Of a DNA stretch of 64,000 bases, positions 55,167 to 64,000 are shown piece by piece. The first letter of the stretch is position 1, and every line of letters begins with the position of its first letter. The translations under genes and the position numbers were made by a program. This DNA is from a virus. Location of the stretch: positions 57,519 through 121,518 of the IMG/VR virus record IMGVR_UViG_3300025132_000022; one strand, written 5' to 3'. The notes beneath the pieces were generated by a model. That model searched no databases. It saw nothing but the letters and a program-made list of their open reading frames with translations, and was not told the DNA's origin.

Positions 55167-58100
55167 GATTCATCCTCCCCTTTATCCTCACATAAACCCT
55201 GTGGACTTGGAGCACCAGGGTTTTTGCATTGCTTTTTCTCTTTAATAGTACTTAGTCTCTCTGCAGTTAATTCTGGTGCGGAAAGTGCAAGTACGCCGAA
55301 CGGACCTAGCGGGTATCCGTACCTGGTTGGTCCCTGGGTAGCTATGCCTGCAACGTGCTGCCCAACCTTACCTAGTGCTCGAAAGTCTGGTAGCGGTAAT
55401 GACGCCAAGAGGATATCAAGCGGCAGCGCATTAACGGGAACGTACTGCTTTTTGCCGTTCTTTGTACCAAAACCCTTATCCAAGGTAGATCCGTCATACT
55501 CAAACAAAGAACCACCGACCAGTCCTGAATTTAGTCCCGTCTTCATGTCGCATGGATTTTCTCTATATTGTTTTCTCATATCTGCATAGGCAGGGTCCCC
55601 AAATCGACCAGTTGTTCTGACCATCCTCGCATAGGATTGTTTAACTAACCTTTCCAGCATTCTCGTGAACATGGTCCAATAATCACCCAAAGACTTCTCC
55701 TCTTCAAAGGCTTTGATTTCATTTACACTAAGTTGTGGTTCGGGTTCCGCTGTGACATCATGAGCGGTACCTGCGACGCCCATCAATCCCAGGCAAGCAA
55801 CCTTCGTCGCTCCAAAGAGGTCATCGCTTTCCTTGAATCTATCGAAAACTACATTATTTTGTAAAGCATGTATCCCAACATATCTGTTCAGAGGAAAGAC
55901 TATATTGAACATAATATTCGCTGGGTGTGTGATATTTGTTTTGTCAATCGGCCTGGAATTGACATTTTGGTTTGTGTCCCCAAGGGACAGAACATTTTTC
56001 ACCAGACTATCTTTATGCATTTCGTATATTGAATTTCTGATGACTTCTCTTCTTTTCTCTAGTCCAACCAACTCAGACTGCGAGGATTCGGAACCATACT
56101 CTATTGTGTTTGATGAAAACACCATGGGGTAAAACAACTTATCTTGTGTTTGCGTGTTGTGTGTTTCCGAATATACATCATCTAAACATTTTACATCCTC
56201 TACGTGTTCATAAATCGGTACCGAATATACAAGTACATTCTTGATATCATCGTCATATAGTTTACCGAATGTCCTGGAAGCATTAGTTGCTGAACCAAAA
56301 CCTGCTATGCTTGCTGCGGTTGATGCTATATTATAGAAAGCAGACTTATAGTTCAGTCCAGTGGGATTATCGGGAGTCGTCAATTTTTCTTTATCTGCGT
56401 ACGCAAGAAAGCATTTTTTACGATTAAATATCGAACTGTCGCCCAGCAACCCTATTGTCCTATCAGACGCATCCAAAATATCTTTTTGAACCTCAAGATT
56501 TGGTGTGAAGTCTTTAAATATTTTGCTAGGTTCGGTCATAACCGTGCCTATTCCCGTAGCGGTGTCTTGGTTTTCATTGGTAATTGTCGGCGGAGATTCA
56601 TATTGCCTAGAAACTTTTTGCCCCATCATTAGGCGTGCGCCTACTTGCAAGTTGTTTTTCAAAAAATCATATAGCGCTTTTTGTCGGGGCAAGATTTGTG
56701 ACTCATAAAACAAACTTATGGGCAAGTCTGCTCTCTCTTCTGGTGATAGTTGACTCCACTCCACTGGTCTCAAAATCGCAAGCGCGCCGCCTGTAATCTT
56801 AGAATTGGAAAAAGTGGTTTGATCCAGTGCGGGTGTATACGCTCTACTAATATAATAATCTAGAACATCGTTCTGTATAGTTACATCCTCCTTGTAAAAT
56901 GGAGTTGCTTCTGTACTGATCCCGATGAACGCGGCAGTTGCCGTGTCGAGAATACGCATAGAATACACAGGATCACTTCTGAGTCCGCTGTTGTTGTACC
57001 AAGGGGTGACATAATCAATTGATCTTTTTGCGTACGCAACTCTTTCAAACAACGACTTGACTCTACTATAGTACCCAGAACCCTGTTGTGTCTGTTCATC
57101 TGTCCTCCAAAAAACTCTTGTCTTCAAGTTTTGTTGAGGTTCGTCAGTTGAAGTAGGCCAGTTATAGATAATGTCCATCATGTTCGTCAAGCAATTCACT
57201 ATGAGTTCCGCCTTTCTCCTCCTTGGGATGTCCTTATATTTGTATCCTGGGTTGTCACTGTATCTTTCTTGTTCAAATACAAATTGCCTACCTAGAAACT
57301 TATACGCGCCCAAGGTACCAAAATTAACCTTGAATCCATCTGATTCTGGCATCTGTTGCTGATTGTACACGCCAACTTCATCTTCGGGTATGTTATTACT
57401 CCAACTTCTCGCCATGACCCTGTTTTCGTTAAACTCATCTTCCAAGTTTACGTCATCAATGATATATAACATCCTGTCTATCAACTGCTCTTTGGTAACT
57501 GCCCCAGACCTGTAAGCGTAATCAATATCAGTTAAATAACCGACTGGTTCAATAGGCGCGGCTGCTTCCATCTCTCTTTCTCTGCCATAATTTGAACCAT
57601 ATCCCTCAATTGCAGAATCAAACCCAAAAATCTTTCCACCACTTTCTGTATTAGATGCTCGAACTATTCCCTCGTTTTTCATTGCAAACCCAAGGTCAAT
57701 CATCATCTTAATTACTGTTGAATTTTCAATTCTTCTTTCAAGGTAAGCACGCTTGTGACCCTGTGGCCTATTTCTTCGCTCTATGGCATTTGGACGTCCA
57801 GCAAAAAAGTTGCTTAACATTTTGAGATAGAAGGATTTTGTAAAATCATACTCAAGTTGATTCTTCTTGAGGTTGTCTGCCAATGATTGTAGCGATTCTT
57901 GCCTAGTATTGGTGTCCTCTGTCCCTAACAACAAAGACTCAAGGTCTTCTGGAGATATATATTCAGAATACAAACTGGTCTCTGCACTTGTGCCTATGTG
58001 TGGAAGGTTCTGAAATATTGGATCCGAATTGACCGCCAAAAATAATTCACTATACAGTCTATAGAACTCCTGAAAGTCCTTTATCCTATAGAATCTTTCC

Positions 58101-61100
58101 ATCCAAAAATGTCCAGAGTTTATTTTCTTCTGTATCAATTCTTCAGAATACCCATCAAATGCAAACTTGTCATATATATTTGGTATTGTGGCACTAACGG
58201 GTACCTCCTTAAATCCATTTAAATTGTTTATAAGGTCGGATGCTCGGCGCTGTTCATCGACGAACGCCTCTCTTCTCTGTTGTGGCGTCATTTCAAATAC
58301 ATCAGGGTTTTCAAGTTGGTCGGCGGCGCGGCGGAGTGCTCTAGCGGCCTGCGGAGATACGGATTCCATGACAGATGCTTGTCTACGAAGTTCTGCAACT
58401 CGATTTGCTACATCGGAGGTGCTCATCTCTGGGAACACCATGTCATTTTGCACTTTTAACAACTCAAGGTAATAGTACACACTTTCGTATAACCTTTCCT
58501 GTTCCTGTCTCTCTGCGTCATTGAGGGAACTTTCCGAGTTTCTCAAGATTAGTTTAGGAAAATTGTTGACACTTGGAACGTTCTTGACATTCTCTGCTAT
58601 TTCATTTCTAATTTTTTCTTCAAAAGACATATGCCTGTTGTCAAACAGTTTAGTAACAAACTCCTCAATAGAGGATGTATCGATGTTTCTAAGGATCAAG
58701 GAACGGATCGCCTCTTGTTCGTCGTCAATAAGTGTTATTTCTTTAACTGCTTTCATGACTTTTTTTCTAAAACTTGTTGATATGATCCTGTTGTTGATAT
58801 CATTGGCAACGTAATTGACAATGTAATCTATCATGAACTGAGTACCAAACACTCCCTTTGGTCCGAAATTAGAGAACAAGAACATACTCTTAAAGACGAC
58901 TTCCAGGCAGGAAAACTTAACATAAAGACCAAACAACCCAGATGCAATAGACTTCTGAAAGGGACCAGTTTCGGAAAAATCCCTATTTACAGGATCGTTT
59001 TCAGGCTTTTCTGTTTCATTCGCATATGAGTTCAAAAAGTCCTCAACAATTTCATCAAAGTTGAGCAACTTTGGGTTCGGTACATAGCACGGGGCGCTTT
59101 GTAGATCACCCTCTACATTAAAACTTTCGCCGATATCTCTTTGAAGTTGAAACATTTCGTCATACGAAAAATACTTTGAATTTTTTACCAAATCTGTCAA
59201 GTGATAGTTAAAAGAATCAACATATCCTTCGTATATAGAAAACCCATCCTGCCTTGAGGCGGCAGTAACAGCGATCAAATTAAGCAGGTACACGAGTCTT
59301 TCCTGTCCAGTGATTTCACCATCATTGTCTCGATCCAACTCTAGAGAACCTCCGCTCTCTATGAATCCAGACAGGTGATTTCTTATTGTGTCGTTTTCAT
59401 AAAGATCAAGATTTGTTTGAGATCTGTTGTCCGAAATACTTTTCAACCCGTTGATGAACAAGTCCGCAAAACCACCTGGTCTAAGTAACTTGTCTGGGTG
59501 CTTCTCTGAGATGATGTCTGCTGATTGTGACCTCATTGCAATATATTCTGGTGGTAATCTATCCTTATACACCTTGTTGAAGTACACATTTCCCGCATTT
59601 CTGGACACATCATTTACAATGTAAGATACCCTGTAACAATCTTTCATTTTACTAGAGATGAACGGCATATCAGAATACCCAACCGACATCAAGGTTGGTG
59701 TGTTGGATTTTGAATCTACATCAACGTTTCTTAGTGGCGAGTCCATGACGCGAGTTGCAACTCGTGTGTGTAACTCTCTGTATGGGGATCCCATAGTTGA
59801 TGATGTCTTACGGGTGATTGTAGTTAAATCTTGGGATGAAATTTCTTTTAGTTCTGGAAATACCTTAAATTCATCTTTGGAATACTTTGACACATAGTCT
59901 GATACATGTTTTTGAACAAGTTCTGAAAATTGTTCTGCTTTTTCTGGGTCGACCTCTCTCGACACATCTATAAGCACCGCTTCGGCGTCTTCAGAGTTGT
60001 CTTCAAAATAAAACCTTATGTATTCAAACTCTTCGTCAGCAACACCAATCTCATTTAAGGACGTCCTATATTGTAAGAGTTCCAATGGCACAGTCGATTT
60101 GACTCTTAGTTTTCCAGTCTTTCTCGCTGGAATTCCTTGCTCTAGGTTCGCTACCTGGTTTACGTAGTGCCTAAAGTATATATAATCCTTGTCATTGAAT
60201 CCTGTCTCTCCTGGTTTGATCAGTTGCGTATCTCTGTCAACCATCTGATCAGGAATGCCAGGGGCTTCAAGAGTAAAGACGTTCTCAATGTTGGATAATA
60301 TTGCTGCCGTGGCGGTTTTGGCCACTCTATCATGATGAGGGTTGCTGAGAGGTCCTGGTAAATTCTTCTCTGCCAACTTAGAGGGTGTGTTTCCGCTTGG
60401 CAATAAGGAGTCAAAGTTTCCACTGGACGCTATATCTCTCAGGGCGTCACGTCTCTTATTCGCTGCCTCCATCTCCTTTGCAATCTCAGCGCTTGTCAAT
60501 CCAGACCCCTGCAGTCTGTTTCTCAGTCCCGCCATGCCGCTGCGTTCATCACACAAAGCATCAGCAACTACGACTTCCTGTATCTCCCTGAGTCTATCGC
60601 AGAGATATGGATCTACAACCTGTCCAAGTACTCTAAAAAATTCACTTACCTCCGCCACTGTTGTCATCACTTTTTTAAGCTCTGAATTTGAAGACCTTAC
60701 TACATTGAGGACAACTTTAAGTACGCCAGGTGATGCTTCACCCTGCAGCAGGTCGCAAAGTTCAGACGGGCGCAATACAAGACTAATAGCATCAAAGAGA
60801 GACCCTATCGAACTCTCATCTTCCCCGAACAAAATGTCCTGAGATATATTAAGATTGTTCAATACTTCTGAAGTCTTGGTTGCCATGTCTGCTTTTTGTT
60901 GAGCGTCAGCGAACGGATTGTTTTCATTTTTTGCATTAAGTTCTGAAAACTTCGCTGCACCGTACTGCAACGCATCAACACAATCTGGATACGATATCGC
61001 CTCTAGCATATTTTTAACAAACTCGCAGATAAACGACATTATCATATCTGCAAAGGCAATTTTTATTTGAGGTAGTACAAAGTTCAATGGATTGAATGTT

Positions 61101-63589
61101 GGCAGTTTTGGTAGTGCAGGTATGTCAAACTTCAAATCTATGTTAAATTCTATGTCCTCCAAACCTGGTACACATTTCTTGTAGTCGCACAGAATCATTT
61201 GAGGATCCCATTTTTGTAAAAAATCTCTCCACATATCTTCAAAATTACAGGCAAGTTCCCCAAACTTGGGATAGACGTCGGCAGTGTCAATAATTTTTCC
61301 CTTTTGCTCAAAAAAAGTGGACTGCAGAAGATTATCCACGCTTTGACCTGCAAGTCTGCGCTGTTCCTTGATGTGCTCCTCGACAGTTTTTATTCCCCGT
61401 ATGTCAAAATCAAACCCTACATTTATGCCCTTTCTTTTACCTTTCCTGAACGTAAACTTTGGTGTTGGGTAGTGAAACCTGCTAAAAAATATAACAGCGG
61501 GTATGCTCTGAGTGTCTCTGCATGGATTTGGTCTTAAGAATTTTAAAATTCTGGGCGTGTCGTCTTTATCTCCAAACCCCTTTCGACAGAGAGAGAACAA
61601 ATAAGAAACGGTTGTAGGGTAAATAAACGGATCCCTGGTTGTGAAAAGATTTAGTCCCGCTGTTAATTCCTTTTGTTTGTTTGCTTTTTTGTCAATATAT
61701 ACAACCTTGTATATCCTGTGACCCACCTCCACTTCTATCAATGGCGATGATATTTGGTCCTGATTTTCTAATGCTGGTTGTAAACTAGGATCCACGTTTT
61801 GTGGTGCAGGCACCTCTTTTTTCACTATGTCATAATATATCAAAAGTTCATCTTCATTGTTCGGTCCAACTCTCAAGGTCCTACCGTTAGCGTCGAGAAA
61901 CTCTTCTAGTGCTGTGGCAAGATTGAGTATCCTTTTGGACTCATTTATTGGGCTAATCTGAGGAACGATTGGCGGCGCTGGTGGTGGACGAAATTTATTA
62001 TATTTTCTTGGTTTTGTTGGGTTATCTTTGTTGTCACGTTCGAACTCTTTCATTTCTTTGTCAAACTTGGCAACCTGTTCTGACAAAAATTCTAAATGTT
62101 TTTTTAGTTCTCCGACATTATATGTTGCTGGGTTTACTAATCCATTCTCTAATCGTTTTGCTGTCGTGTCAGAATTTTGTGCTTCAATTTCTTTTTGAGT
62201 GTTCTTGTCAATATCTTCTGGACTAGCGCCCGATTGTCCTGTTTTTGCCTTGTTCCACGAATTTCTTAAAGAGTCTTTAACTGCCTTTTCTGCTTTTTGT
62301 CGCTGACCGTCACGCCATTTACGGGCACCTGATTTGATTGCGTTTCCTTGTCTTGTCCAAAATTCTTTCTTAAAAGGTTGGTTAAGAGATTCTGTCACAA
62401 ATTTCTCTGCTGCTTTGTACCCTGCGGCCGCTGCTGCGATGTTATTAGGGTCCAACACATTGACGGTACCGCCGAAGTCTGCTGCGCCGCTTCCGCCCCT
62501 AATTTGGTTAAACATATCTTTTCTTATCTTTATTCTCAGTTTATAAGTGGCGCTTGGGCGGGCACCTGGACTTACGATAGATTCTATACTGGCAAATATT
62601 GGTTTTGCTCCTGGCAGTAAACTCTGTCCGAATAGAACATCAATCTTATCTCCATTCATCTGATCGTTGAGTGACATTTGATTAATTGTAAACTTAAACT
62701 CTTGTCCACTAACAAACCCTGGAGGACTTTCAACTCTGCGCTGATAAACTAATATCTCCTCAAACAATCGTCTTGGCAAATCACCGTCATCAATAGCATC
62801 CTGCAAGGGTGAGACGATTGGTATAAAAGTTCTCTCTGCTGCATTGACAACCCAAACTTTCTCCTTTCCATAAAAGTCAAACACTTCCTTAACAGCGTTC
62901 CTTAAATGAATCGCTGGAAGGTGTGGGTTGGACTGAAAGTATTGATTAATATCTTGAGATCCAGCGGTTAAGTGCTGTTGTCTCGTGATTCTTGTATCGA
63001 AAGCGTAAGTCACGAACTCATTTCCAATTTTTGGTGGGTCCTGTTCTTCATTCTTGGTATTAAAAGCAGCAGAAGGGTCTACACTACCTGGTGGACGTGC
63101 AAGATATTCGGCAAAACCTGGGCGGCGAATCAGGTCTGTGGCGGCGCGATTTAACCCCAAGTCAATCATAGTCTTGAAAGTTGGTTCAAAAACTTGACCT
63201 CTTTCAGTCAAAAACCCGCCTGGCAGGTCTACGTTTAGCGTAGCGCCTTCCAGTAATTCTTCTGCAATGATTGCTCCTACATCAAATTCTCCGTCTCTCT
63301 CCATGTTGTCAAGAAGACCTTCTGTAGAGAAACCGTAATCTCCATAGTCGAATATCCTTTGCCTGTTGTCTTCCTGAAATTGGACCAATGCATTTTCAGT
63401 TATAGGATCAAATTCGGGACCAGTCGAACTAAGGTCACCAATTCCAAGAAAGTATTTTATAATCTGAACATCTAATCCTTTGGACCCTACTCTGATCGGA
63501 AGATTGTATTTAACAGTTACAGATTGCCGTTCATCGTTTCGATCCAGATACTCGTATTTAAAAGATAAAGTTTTATTTTCCATATTCAA
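55163..63589 (-). CDS. Giant (2808-aa) protein with N-terminal peptidoglycan-binding-like domain
   Basis: 'IRVGSKGLDV..I...LG.....TG..FD..TE.A...FQ' resembles PG_binding_1. The remainder is largely helical and unassigned. Confidence 0.65.
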   Translation of the reverse strand: MNMENKTLSFKYEYLDRNDERQSVTVKYNLPIRVGSKGLDVQIIKYFLGIGDLSSTGPEFDPITENALVQFQEDNRQRIFDYGDYGFSTEGLLDNMERDGEFDVGAIIAEELLEGATLNVDLPGGFLTERGQVFEPTFKTMIDLGLNRAATDLIRRPGFAEYLARPPGSVDPSAAFNTKNEEQDPPKIGNEFVTYAFDTRITRQQHLTAGSQDINQYFQSNPHLPAIHLRNAVKEVFDFYGKEKVWVVNAAERTFIPIVSPLQDAIDDGDLPRRLFEEILVYQRRVESPPGFVSGQEFKFTINQMSLNDQMNGDKIDVLFGQSLLPGAKPIFASIESIVSPGARPSATYKLRIKIRKDMFNQIRGGSGAADFGGTVNVLDPNNIAAAAAGYKAAEKFVTESLNQPFKKEFWTRQGNAIKSGARKWRDGQRQKAEKAVKDSLRNSWNKAKTGQSGASPEDIDKNTQKEIEAQNSDTTAKRLENGLVNPATYNVGELKKHLEFLSEQVAKFDKEMKEFERDNKDNPTKPRKYNKFRPPPAPPIVPQISPINESKRILNLATALEEFLDANGRTLRVGPNNEDELLIYYDIVKKEVPAPQNVDPSLQPALENQDQISSPLIEVEVGHRIYKVVYIDKKANKQKELTAGLNLFTTRDPFIYPTTVSYLFSLCRKGFGDKDDTPRILKFLRPNPCRDTQSIPAVIFFSRFHYPTPKFTFRKGKRKGINVGFDFDIRGIKTVEEHIKEQRRLAGQSVDNLLQSTFFEQKGKIIDTADVYPKFGELACNFEDMWRDFLQKWDPQMILCDYKKCVPGLEDIEFNIDLKFDIPALPKLPTFNPLNFVLPQIKIAFADMIMSFICEFVKNMLEAISYPDCVDALQYGAAKFSELNAKNENNPFADAQQKADMATKTSEVLNNLNISQDILFGEDESSIGSLFDAISLVLRPSELCDLLQGEASPGVLKVVLNVVRSSNSELKKVMTTVAEVSEFFRVLGQVVDPYLCDRLREIQEVVVADALCDERSGMAGLRNRLQGSGLTSAEIAKEMEAANKRRDALRDIASSGNFDSLLPSGNTPSKLAEKNLPGPLSNPHHDRVAKTATAAILSNIENVFTLEAPGIPDQMVDRDTQLIKPGETGFNDKDYIYFRHYVNQVANLEQGIPARKTGKLRVKSTVPLELLQYRTSLNEIGVADEEFEYIRFYFEDNSEDAEAVLIDVSREVDPEKAEQFSELVQKHVSDYVSKYSKDEFKVFPELKEISSQDLTTITRKTSSTMGSPYRELHTRVATRVMDSPLRNVDVDSKSNTPTLMSVGYSDMPFISSKMKDCYRVSYIVNDVSRNAGNVYFNKVYKDRLPPEYIAMRSQSADIISEKHPDKLLRPGGFADLFINGLKSISDNRSQTNLDLYENDTIRNHLSGFIESGGSLELDRDNDGEITGQERLVYLLNLIAVTAASRQDGFSIYEGYVDSFNYHLTDLVKNSKYFSYDEMFQLQRDIGESFNVEGDLQSAPCYVPNPKLLNFDEIVEDFLNSYANETEKPENDPVNRDFSETGPFQKSIASGLFGLYVKFSCLEVVFKSMFLFSNFGPKGVFGTQFMIDYIVNYVANDINNRIISTSFRKKVMKAVKEITLIDDEQEAIRSLILRNIDTSSIEEFVTKLFDNRHMSFEEKIRNEIAENVKNVPSVNNFPKLILRNSESSLNDAERQEQERLYESVYYYLELLKVQNDMVFPEMSTSDVANRVAELRRQASVMESVSPQAARALRRAADQLENPDVFEMTPQQRREAFVDEQRRASDLINNLNGFKEVPVSATIPNIYDKFAFDGYSEELIQKKINSGHFWMERFYRIKDFQEFYRLYSELFLAVNSDPIFQNLPHIGTSAETSLYSEYISPEDLESLLLGTEDTNTRQESLQSLADNLKKNQLEYDFTKSFYLKMLSNFFAGRPNAIERRNRPQGHKRAYLERRIENSTVIKMMIDLGFAMKNEGIVRASNTESGGKIFGFDSAIEGYGSNYGREREMEAAAPIEPVGYLTDIDYAYRSGAVTKEQLIDRMLYIIDDVNLEDEFNENRVMARSWSNNIPEDEVGVYNQQQMPESDGFKVNFGTLGAYKFLGRQFVFEQERYSDNPGYKYKDIPRRRKAELIVNCLTNMMDIIYNWPTSTDEPQQNLKTRVFWRTDEQTQQGSGYYSRVKSLFERVAYAKRSIDYVTPWYNNSGLRSDPVYSMRILDTATAAFIGISTEATPFYKEDVTIQNDVLDYYISRAYTPALDQTTFSNSKITGGALAILRPVEWSQLSPEERADLPISLFYESQILPRQKALYDFLKNNLQVGARLMMGQKVSRQYESPPTITNENQDTATGIGTVMTEPSKIFKDFTPNLEVQKDILDASDRTIGLLGDSSIFNRKKCFLAYADKEKLTTPDNPTGLNYKSAFYNIASTAASIAGFGSATNASRTFGKLYDDDIKNVLVYSVPIYEHVEDVKCLDDVYSETHNTQTQDKLFYPMVFSSNTIEYGSESSQSELVGLEKRREVIRNSIYEMHKDSLVKNVLSLGDTNQNVNSRPIDKTNITHPANIMFNIVFPLNRYVGIHALQNNVVFDRFKESDDLFGATKVACLGLMGVAGTAHDVTAEPEPQLSVNEIKAFEEEKSLGDYWTMFTRMLERLVKQSYARMVRTTGRFGDPAYADMRKQYRENPCDMKTGLNSGLVGGSLFEYDGSTLDKGFGTKNGKKQYVPVNALPLDILLASLPLPDFRALGKVGQHVAGIATQGPTRYGYPLGPFGVLALSAPELTAERLSTIKEKKQCKNPGAPSPQGLCEDKGEDES

Positions 63590-64000
63590 TTAACCTTATT
63601 ATACTTACTTTTGATTGCAGTTTTTGATCCATCTTCAAGATATTTCTTCTCCATGACATCTGGGTTCTGTTGTAGCGCGAAGGCAGATGGCGTATCCACA
63701 GAAACAAGTTTTATTATATTTCTGGTGTTTTCAATCATCAAACTAGGCAATTTGACTGTCGGACCTGATGTGGCGGAGACGTGCTCGTGCTGTAGAAGTG
63801 CTGAATTTAGTTTAATTAAGTCCTGTTTCAAGGACGCAACAGCGCCTGCAACTTGTGCTTGATTATCCAACATCTCCTTTAATAAGTGAGTCAGATTGTC
63901 ACCCTTTATCAAAGGTTGTAGTTCTAATGCTTTGTTTGCAGCAATTAAACAAATGCCCATGGGTTCTCCAGAATCTTCGCCACCCTTGGAACTAATAGAT
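63586..64000 (-). CDS. C-terminal part of a baseplate central-spike-like protein (5' end outside the window)
   Basis: The frame is open beyond 63960 to the window edge (...SISSKGGEDSGEPMGI...). It has 'QPLIKGD.L..LL' and an HxH tip motif 'LLQHEH....GPT'. Confidence 0.55.
   Translation of the reverse strand, partial: SISSKGGEDSGEPMGICLIAANKALELQPLIKGDNLTHLLKEMLDNQAQVAGAVASLKQDLIKLNSALLQHEHVSATSGPTVKLPSLMIENTRNIIKLVSVDTPSAFALQQNPDVMEKKYLEDGSKTAIKSKYNKVN

Noticed and set aside
1284-63862. Numerous plus-strand ORFs of 60-166 aa and short nested minus-strand ORFs in the track
   Set aside because: They lie antisense to or inside long motif-bearing minus-strand genes and show no recognisable motifs, so they are treated as shadow ORFs.
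1-64000. Stop-codon reassignment, as seen in some large phages
   Set aside because: Code 11 gives uninterrupted genes up to 4491 aa, and TAA, TAG and TGA all end genes at tight junctions.
1-64000. tRNA, rRNA, integrase, transposase, tail sheath and tail tube genes
   Set aside because: None was recognised. Intergenic gaps are short and mostly accounted for, and sheath and tube genes probably lie outside the window.

Overview
The whole window is one arm of a large lytic T4-like (contractile-tailed) bacteriophage genome. About 45 tightly packed genes all lie on the minus strand in standard code 11, many with GGAG/GAGG Shine-Dalgarno sites. In transcription order (right to left) it holds: a partial spike-like gene; a 2808-aa protein; gp25- and gp6-like baseplate wedge genes; giant LamG/jelly-roll virion proteins (up to 4491 aa); tail-collar-like paralogues; a J-domain protein, RuvC-like resolvase, primase and single-chain Mre11-Rad50 (SbcD-SbcC) fusion; a holin/spanin-like trio; terminase, portal and prohead protease; a phage-encoded ribosomal protein bS21; scaffold, major capsid and neck proteins; two tandem gp15-like tail terminators; and a partial His-repeat fibre. 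The most notable unexplained signals are: (1) a recurring sense-strand ACTANTTA motif upstream of late genes, partly hidden inside coding sequence and resembling the T4 late promoter in reverse; (2) an unannotated 16-codon Cys-Cys ORF in frame with the prohead protease, separated from it by TAA and a GC hairpin; (3) bS21 alongside strong SD use; (4) a non-canonical spanin-like pair; and (5) nested or plug-in domains in the baseplate proteins. All product calls come from motif recognition and gene order by eye; no database searches were run.
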